Below, in pieces: positions 44,148 through 50,547 of a stretch of 50,547 bases of DNA (positions within the stretch are counted from its first letter, which is position 1; every line of letters begins with the position of its first letter). The position numbers and the translations under genes are program-made. This DNA is from a virus (Duplodnaviria; Caudoviricetes): positions 1 to 50,547 of the IMG/VR virus record IMGVR_UViG_3300044714_000169; one strand, given 5' to 3'. The notes beneath the pieces are model-generated. The model was not told where the DNA came from, did no database searches, and worked only from the letters and a program-made list of their open reading frames with translations.

Positions 44148-44564
44148 CTAGTTTTGTGGAACTACTAACGGTTTAACAACCTGTTTGGGGGTTTCCTCCT
44201 GCTGCGCCCGCATAGCTGCTTGAGCGATCGGGCGTTGAGACAACTGAATCTCGGAGAAGTGTTGTACCCCATAACTCGTTGCCCAATGCCATAACCCCGC
44301 GATCACCACACTCCAAGCGGGGATGTTGATTAAGAGTTGGTGGCCTGTACCAGCCGGCGACCAAACCCAGCTAACACCCAATGTACCGATCCCGCTCAAA
44401 ACGATTCGAGCAGCTACGTTTAGTTTGCTGGTGTAATAACTGACCCAAGGGATAGCTTTAGTCCGCTTGGCGAAGTCTAACAAATAAGCGGATAGGATAG
44501 CGACACCCACGCTAGTGGGGATTGTAGGTGCCGCAGGAGCTAACGTGTTAGTGTCGAAAAACAT
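44148..44564 (-). CDS. Holin-like membrane protein
   Basis: About three hydrophobic segments; near endolysin and lipoprotein. Confidence 0.55.
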   Translation of the reverse strand: MFFDTNTLAPAAPTIPTSVGVAILSAYLLDFAKRTKAIPWVSYYTSKLNVAARIVLSGIGTLGVSWVWSPAGTGHQLLINIPAWSVVIAGLWHWATSYGVQHFSEIQLSQRPIAQAAMRAQQEETPKQVVKPLVVPQN

Positions 44565-45877
44565 TATGGGTTCCCTCCTACTTCGTGCAAAACGTTGTGT
44601 TCGGCTCCAATCAACTCCATCAGTTTGTTGTAGTCTTGGTAGATCTGATTGACCGCATCCGTCCGAAATTGTTTTTCTGGTATCCGGGCCTTGTTTACCA
44701 ACTCACTCGGCCCTTCAAACGCTTCCTGGATCGTTCGACCCTTCCCGGTAGCGCACAACAAATTCCCGTAGGCAGACGTCGTGACCAACTTATTGGTCTC
44801 GTCAAACATCACGTCGAAAAAATACAGGTGCTCCCTATCGGTCCGGGTAAACCCGCGAACCGGAATCCCCGCAACCGGTTTAAACTGCTCAGAAGGGTGA
44901 GGGGGAACAGTCAGCCTCAAACCCGCGGCGAAACCATGGCCTAGTTCCATCCGCTCTGGCTGTTCTCCCCTCGCCATCTTGGCGATGAGCTCGCCAAGAT
45001 CCTCGTTAACCAATTCCAATATCGTTGGGAAGGCGTCGTAACCCATCCGCGGGGTAAATTCAAGCGCCCAAACCCCCTCTGAATTGACGATTGTGTTTAG
45101 GTCAACCGGACCTATATGACCGTATTCGGCTAAAATCGGTTCGAACAGCCGAATCCCCTGCTCAACAACGTGGTCGTGTTCACACTTCCAAACCACGTTA
45201 AAAGCGCAACCGGTCGACGGACCCAAGTCATCATTCATCATCGCCTTGTGCTCGATTGTGTGGTTGAACGGCTCCATAAACTTTTCACCGTTAAACCAAC
45301 CTTCGGTAGAGACGGCAACGCCTTTCACATGGCGTTGAAGTTCAAACTCGGGTGAGTGTTTCGCAGCCGACTCAAAATAATCCAACATCGCGATCATGTC
45401 TTCGGTGTCGTAGGCGGAGTAAGTTTGAACCTCCGAATCCTTAGCTAACTCCCCGGAGGCTTTGAAGACGAGTCGGGTGTTGACCCGTCTGGCGTATTTT
45501 CTCCCTTCCTCCCAGTCGAAGAAGGTTTTGGTTTCTGGAAACCTAACCCCCGCTTGTTCCAATAACTCGAATGCAAGTGAGCGATCAAGTTCAATCTGAT
45601 CAGCAAATACAGAACCAGCCCAAGTGAAGTGACCACGAGCACGCAAGCGATCAGCAGTTTTTCCTCCGCCAGAGGAATCAAACAGAACAATGGTTTTATC
45701 GTCAAGGTAATTCTCCCAGTTGGCGGCGGAGTCCAACTTCTGTAAAAGCCCGTTGTAATTGTCTTTAGTTCGGGTGTCACGGCAGTTGACCGCGACCAAA
45801 TGTCCGGCTTGGCGCAAGCGAAGTGCCAACCCGTAACCTTCACCTGAACCCGAAAGCATCAGAAATTTCTCAGCCAC
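44564..45877 (-). CDS. PurD (GAR synthetase)-like ATP-grasp amide ligase
   Basis: ELDR...AG; VFKASG; EHKAMMNDDLGPSTG (cf. DTGPNTGG); LEFTPRMGYD (cf. EFNxRFGDP). Confidence 0.8.
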   Translation of the reverse strand: MAEKFLMLSGSGEGYGLALRLRQAGHLVAVNCRDTRTKDNYNGLLQKLDSAANWENYLDDKTIVLFDSSGGGKTADRLRARGHFTWAGSVFADQIELDRSLAFELLEQAGVRFPETKTFFDWEEGRKYARRVNTRLVFKASGELAKDSEVQTYSAYDTEDMIAMLDYFESAAKHSPEFELQRHVKGVAVSTEGWFNGEKFMEPFNHTIEHKAMMNDDLGPSTGCAFNVVWKCEHDHVVEQGIRLFEPILAEYGHIGPVDLNTIVNSEGVWALEFTPRMGYDAFPTILELVNEDLGELIAKMARGEQPERMELGHGFAAGLRLTVPPHPSEQFKPVAGIPVRGFTRTDREHLYFFDVMFDETNKLVTTSAYGNLLCATGKGRTIQEAFEGPSELVNKARIPEKQFRTDAVNQIYQDYNKLMELIGAEHNVLHEVGGNP

Positions 45878-45885
45878 GTTGCTCC

Positions 45886-46227
45886 TTACGGGTACGTTGT
45901 ACCCTTTTTTACCTGAACATGTATATGTTCGTTGTCAGTTCCGGGAGATTCGAGAAAGCCGTAGAAGCGATCCCATCCGAGAGTTGACATTAAGTTAGCC
46001 AACACCCCCGACTTCTGATCCGGGGTAAAGTTGTGTGTACGGATATCGTAGGCTTCACCTCGGTGGTGAGGGTCAGCTGGCCCCGAGTGTTCCCCGTCGC
46101 AGGCGGATGTGATTACTAAATCCAAAGCTAACCTCTCCGCGCATTGTTGAATCGCCGAGAGGATGACGAATCCCCCCGGCGCGATCACTGTAAATAACAC
46201 CCCCGGCTTTACGGTAACCAAATTCAT
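45886..46227 (-). CDS. M15-type (Hedgehog/DD-peptidase fold) Zn peptidase, probable endolysin
   Basis: ITS..DG.H....PHHRGEAYDIR...EHIHVQ. Confidence 0.75.
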   Translation of the reverse strand: MNLVTVKPGVLFTVIAPGGFVILSAIQQCAERLALDLVITSACDGEHSGPADPHHRGEAYDIRTHNFTPDQKSGVLANLMSTLGWDRFYGFLESPGTDNEHIHVQVKKGTTYP

Positions 46228-46475
46228 CCTTTACCTCCCGAATGATCCGGCTCCTCCGCAGCGACAAACTCCTTCTGAGCGTGGGAGACCAAATTTGATG
46301 GGAACGGCTTCGGTTGGTTACCTTCATACTCAGGCTGACTAACCGTATTTGGTGCAACTTTCCCCCATTTACCAGATTGATGACTATTAGCGTGGTTGAC
46401 TAGATTCGGAGCCAACGAGCTAGCGATCGGCTCACTTCCATCACCGTGGATCGGTTTCATTCCCACTTTGCTCAC
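46224..46475 (-). CDS. Small hypothetical protein with internal repeats
   Basis: PNLVNHA/PNTVSQP/SNLVSHA. Confidence 0.45.
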   Translation of the reverse strand: MSKVGMKPIHGDGSEPIASSLAPNLVNHANSHQSGKWGKVAPNTVSQPEYEGNQPKPFPSNLVSHAQKEFVAAEEPDHSGGKG

Positions 46476-46860
46476 ACTCCTTCACTGCCTTTTCATAGGC
46501 GTCTGCGTACTCTGACCAGTTTATATCGAGCAGCCGAGACATCTGCCACTCACTAGCGAGAGCATCGTTATGTTGGTTTTGGAGAACTGATCCGGGGTAG
46601 CCGGAAAAGCTATCCGGGTTGTTTTCTAATTCAGGGTGTTGCTGACTGAAGATCTGATCTTTGTCGACATCTTCGGTGGTAATTCCACCGTACCGACAGA
46701 GCACCGCCTCATCCATCTCGTGGCGTAAGAGTAGGAAGTTGAAGTAATAATCTTTCAAATCGACACAGCGGATTATCAAATCATCCCCCTCAAACTTCCA
46801 ATCACCAGGTTCGCCCAGTCGAGCTTCACTGGCAGGAATCGTTTCCAAAATTATCCTCAT
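46441..46860 (-). CDS. Hypothetical protein with HExxE...H...E putative metal site
   Basis: GDW...LLRHEMDEAVLC..GIT.EDVD...QHNDALASE. Confidence 0.6.
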   Translation of the reverse strand: MRIILETIPASEARLGEPGDWKFEGDDLIIRCVDLKDYYFNFLLLRHEMDEAVLCRYGGITTEDVDKDQIFSQQHPELENNPDSFSGYPGSVLQNQHNDALASEWQMSRLLDINWSEYADAYEKAVKECEQSGNETDPR

Positions 46861-49800
46861 TGGACTCCCTTCTCCTTCCCCAACCCCAACTCAAATTTAA
46901 TTTGTTCCTCCATATCGCGGTCGGGAGTCTCCTTCATCGGCTTAAAGCCGAGCACTTTCAGTAGCGCAGGGGTTGGGTGACCGTCGTCGGTGAACGGTTC
47001 TTCCCCCGACTGTAACACCGACTCGATGTTTCGAGCCTCGATCCCAGCCGGGAAGAAATCCATCGGGTATTCAAGCACGCGTTTCCGCGCCGCTCTTCCA
47101 TCCGGAGTTTCCTCCCAAGCTTTACCCAGATCAAGAACAAACTGCGCGTGCGGACTCAATCCATACCCAGCTGGGGAGACAAAAAACCACTTGGAAGCAT
47201 CCGCTCCAATCCCGTTCATCGCGCTGACGGATGCGTAATTCGTCGCCGCCCACAGCGCCAGAGTCTTCGTCGCCTGTTGGGGATATTCTGCGAATTTGGT
47301 AGAACCCCTCCTTAAGAAGTCGAGATAGTTCATCGGCCACATGCCGAACTGTCCGAAGATTCTCCCCGCGCCCGTTCGTAACAGTGTAGGTTGCATACCC
47401 CGCCTGTACGGCCACAAAGTAATATCGGTCATCTCGAGAGCGATTTGCTTTGCTGCCTCCTGGGGGGCGGTAGTATGAATTAAGTCGACCATCCGATTCG
47501 CTACCGCCTTGTCGTTGAACCATAAATGGGTGCGATCCTTTATCAGTTCATCGAGAGTAATCTTTCCAGATTTATAGTCTGTAATCCCGTCGAGTGCGTC
47601 AAGATACTCCCCATAAAACCCAACAGCTCGTCCGACATTATGTCCACCACGTGAAGGAGATAGTAATTTTTGGGCCAGTTTGGTGATTCGATCTGTGCTA
47701 GCACCAGGTGGTAGTTCGGAGAAGATATCTCCATAAAGGTCTCCCATATTCTTTCTGCCCAGCAAAGCTCCCGACTCTTCCGCTAGCTTAAACCCGTTCT
47801 GGGCGAAGTAGGTCAGGCCACGCATAAACCGAGAAGGTCCCAACACCGGCATGGTGGTTGTAAACACTTGAAGCGCATCTCTCACCGGAATGCTGGCGCG
47901 GAGCCCCAAGCCGGCGGCATACGACCAAACCAGCAGCTTGTTGATGATCGCGCCCGGGTACTGGAACTCAGTCGGCAGCTGAGCCCAGTCTGGGAGAGTT
48001 TTATTCATCTGCTTGGCTCTCTCTCCCAAAAAACGTTGGAAATCTGACACCGACTGTTTCATCACCTGACTTGTAACATCAGGTATGCCAGACATATAAC
48101 GAAGATAGTTATCAAGAGGATACCGCATGTTTCCAAGAATGTAGCTCCCGTCTCTCGACTTCTTATCAACAAGACTCCTCAATTCTCTCATCGGCTTTTC
48201 CAACTTCTGCATTCGAGCTTCGCGGATGAGGGTATCCATAAAACTACCTAGGTGTCGGTTTTTCGGATCTAGCTTTCCCGTCGCCATCAACCGCTCGAAG
48301 GTTGACATGTCACGGAGTTCTTTACGAGTTCCACCGCTATAGACCATCTCGGTGTTGTAGTTGTGACCGCGCAAACGGGGTAATTCATCGCGCAGGTAGT
48401 TAAACGGGTTGATCCCGGTACGGTCACGGAATTCCTGCATCCAGTTGTTCAGCCCGGCGACTTTATTTAAATCTTCATCGTTCAGTTTTAACTTCTCCCC
48501 CATCTGCTTCCAATAACGGGGTTCGGTCATCAAGACTTCCATATAATCGTATTGCTTTTTGCCAGCGCCTTCCAACAACCCAGCCGCTTTGTCGTAGAGA
48601 TCGTGAGCTTCAGTTTCATACGCTCGATCAGCCTCCGACAGGTCCTTCCAACGATCGAAGATCGGCAAATTACGTCCTGCCTTCGACAACGCCGCGTTAA
48701 CCCGCGAATCCAAGTCCGCTACCCATGGTTGCATCGGGCGGAACAACCCTGAGATCGCTGTCCAACCTTTCCAGCGGGTGTCAGGCGGAGTATCCATCGG
48801 GCCTGGATCCTTTACCGCAGACCCACCGCGCGGAGTGAAGGGTCCCCTGATCCCCCTCATCTCCGCTTCGGTGGAGATCGACGGTGCGATGGAACTACCG
48901 TCGGAGTCGTGGATAATAGTAGCTAAATCCTCAAACGCTGACGCCATCTGAATTTTACCGTCAGTTCCCATCACCTTCCAGACGTTGGTTTCGGGGTCAT
49001 GCCAAGCGTCGGATAACATGTTTTTGATCTGATCCCGCATTTCAAATGTGCGGGCGTCGGAGCTGCGTAACAGAAGATCCTTCATCTTCCGTTGAACCAC
49101 CCTCGCGGGAGCGTACCAATCGGAACCGCGGGCGGCGGTTAACAACGAGTCAGCAACGTTATTAACCATCTTTAAAACCGTTTCGGTGGAGGTATCGAGT
49201 GCGACGATTCGAGAAAGGTATTCGTTGTTACCGGTCCTGATTGCTGATGCCGCATGAACAAACGCTTCCTCGTTTAACATCCCATCCGGCAAATCTTTAT
49301 AAGCTCCCAACCCCTTCAACTCCTGCCCAATCTCAAACATCGTACCGAAGTTTTCGGGGGTAATTGAATCGTGGTAGCCTTGGATGATCGGAGTCCCATC
49401 GGTAATATGAAACTTATCAACGTGAAGGTTTTCATGATAAACATGCATCCGATCGATCCCGGGGCTGTAAACGATTGCGGGGACACCTTTCGGCCCCCCA
49501 AACTCAGGAAGATCTTTAACAAACTTATCGGTATCTCCCGGATCCAACACAAACGCTTCAACACCCGGACTCGAAAGGTCTTGCAACCGTTCGTTGGAAG
49601 TCTTTAACGCAACTCTTCGTTGGGTTTGTCCAATTTCGAAACTGTCGAAGAGGATGGTTTCTAACCCGTTTTTCCCCATTCTTACATGAACTGATTCCGA
49701 GTCAGGGATTCGAATATCCGCGATCGGTTGGAGTTTATTTCCAATCCCCAATTCCTCAAACCGACCTTTTGGTGGTTCCTTCGCGACGATCTCTTCGAGC

Positions 49801-50547
49801 CGATTCTTCTCGATCTCGTGTTCGCGACCGGTAACTTCAGGAGTTAGATCCTCACCCAATTCAGGCTCTCGGATCCATTCAACTGGAATCACATCCTTCA
49901 GATCCCAGTTCGATAACTGTTGAGCAATCGTTTCCTTCGACTTCATGGGGGTGGCTGGATCCCACAATTTATCGATCTGCTGAACCACCTGTTGACGAGC
50001 TCCTTTGGAAAGCGGATAATTTTCCTCATCCAACAGTTCAAACGACTTGGCCTGTAAATCGGCGTACGAAGGTCGCTTTGGCTGCGCTGATTCAACCACT
50101 ACGCTGTCGCTAGTTGCCGGATCCGCTTTAACGTTTGAAAGCGTGAGATCCGCAGCCACCGCGGGCGCATGATTCTCCTCCGTCCGAATTACCTTAGCGC
50201 CTTTAAAACTTTCTTCGGTCTCGTTAGCGATCGTCCCCATAAACTTCTGAGCATCCGACCAACTATCGGGGTGGAAGTGAATTCCCTCTACCTTCCCTCC
50301 GGTCTTAAGATATGACTGTACCTCGCGAAGAGCCTTCCCCTCCGCGCCTGAACCGACCTTGACAATTTGTGGTGCTCCGCTAGCGTCGGTGAGGAGAACA
50401 TTAACGCCTTTAATGTTGGGGTTTTCCTGAACGACTTTCGGGCGAGGTTCAGAAGCAACCGCTTTAGCGCTTTTGTTGATTTCCTCCGCGACCGCATGAT
50501 CGATTTCAGGGGGAGCCTCTCCTTCCATTGCTCTGGCTACGATTTTA
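46857..50547 (-). CDS. C-terminal part of large internal virion/ejection (polyvalent) protein
   Basis: Open frame continuous with 1..774 through the circular junction; HENLH...EEAF zincin-like motif; helical C-terminal region with QFGMWPMNY. Confidence 0.85.
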   Translation of the reverse strand, partial: KIVARAMEGEAPPEIDHAVAEEINKSAKAVASEPRPKVVQENPNIKGVNVLLTDASGAPQIVKVGSGAEGKALREVQSYLKTGGKVEGIHFHPDSWSDAQKFMGTIANETEESFKGAKVIRTEENHAPAVAADLTLSNVKADPATSDSVVVESAQPKRPSYADLQAKSFELLDEENYPLSKGARQQVVQQIDKLWDPATPMKSKETIAQQLSNWDLKDVIPVEWIREPELGEDLTPEVTGREHEIEKNRLEEIVAKEPPKGRFEELGIGNKLQPIADIRIPDSESVHVRMGKNGLETILFDSFEIGQTQRRVALKTSNERLQDLSSPGVEAFVLDPGDTDKFVKDLPEFGGPKGVPAIVYSPGIDRMHVYHENLHVDKFHITDGTPIIQGYHDSITPENFGTMFEIGQELKGLGAYKDLPDGMLNEEAFVHAASAIRTGNNEYLSRIVALDTSTETVLKMVNNVADSLLTAARGSDWYAPARVVQRKMKDLLLRSSDARTFEMRDQIKNMLSDAWHDPETNVWKVMGTDGKIQMASAFEDLATIIHDSDGSSIAPSISTEAEMRGIRGPFTPRGGSAVKDPGPMDTPPDTRWKGWTAISGLFRPMQPWVADLDSRVNAALSKAGRNLPIFDRWKDLSEADRAYETEAHDLYDKAAGLLEGAGKKQYDYMEVLMTEPRYWKQMGEKLKLNDEDLNKVAGLNNWMQEFRDRTGINPFNYLRDELPRLRGHNYNTEMVYSGGTRKELRDMSTFERLMATGKLDPKNRHLGSFMDTLIREARMQKLEKPMRELRSLVDKKSRDGSYILGNMRYPLDNYLRYMSGIPDVTSQVMKQSVSDFQRFLGERAKQMNKTLPDWAQLPTEFQYPGAIINKLLVWSYAAGLGLRASIPVRDALQVFTTTMPVLGPSRFMRGLTYFAQNGFKLAEESGALLGRKNMGDLYGDIFSELPPGASTDRITKLAQKLLSPSRGGHNVGRAVGFYGEYLDALDGITDYKSGKITLDELIKDRTHLWFNDKAVANRMVDLIHTTAPQEAAKQIALEMTDITLWPYRRGMQPTLLRTGAGRIFGQFGMWPMNYLDFLRRGSTKFAEYPQQATKTLALWAATNYASVSAMNGIGADASKWFFVSPAGYGLSPHAQFVLDLGKAWEETPDGRAARKRVLEYPMDFFPAGIEARNIESVLQSGEEPFTDDGHPTPALLKVLGFKPMKETPDRDMEEQIKFELGLGKEKGVQ
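50421..50547. repeat. Terminal direct repeat (copy 2)
   Basis: Identical to 1-127. Confidence 0.95.

Noticed and set aside
1-50547. Alternative genetic code or tRNA genes
   Set aside because: Conserved genes are full length in the standard code, all three stops are used, and no cloverleaf was recognised

Overview
The window is a complete, circularly assembled tailed-phage genome of about 50,420 bp; nt 1-127 repeat exactly at 50421-50547. The layout is podovirus-like, with no tape measure or sheath and no recognisable integrase. There are two divergent arms. The leftward arm starts at about 22.3 kb, runs through the junction and ends at about 43.6 kb. It encodes terminase subunits, portal, scaffold, major capsid, tail fibre/spike proteins, adaptor, a split nozzle, a GNAT, ejection proteins (including a ~1445-aa protein spanning the junction), an M15-type endolysin, a PurD-like ATP-grasp ligase and holin/spanin-like genes. 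The rightward arm (22.6-43.6 kb) encodes small early proteins, a Cas4-like exonuclease, a Sak4-like ATPase, an SSB, and a 7-deazaguanine DNA-modification set (folE, queD, queE, queC, TGT/DpdA-like). It also carries a DUF1599-like NTP pyrophosphatase, a UDG-PolA fusion, a DUF3987-like helicase and GroES. Most notable observations: (1) three Cys-rich tail/virion-module proteins carry Sec signal peptides followed by Gln; (2) the Sak4 ATPase is circularly permuted; (3) QueE has a C-x28-C-x9-C cluster motif; (4) the PolA active-site motifs are atypical and sit beside the deazaguanine genes; (5) five sigma70 promoters share a fixed-position CCACTGG box; (6) a three-hairpin RNA carries an anti-Shine-Dalgarno loop. 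All family assignments come from motif recognition by eye; no database searches were run.
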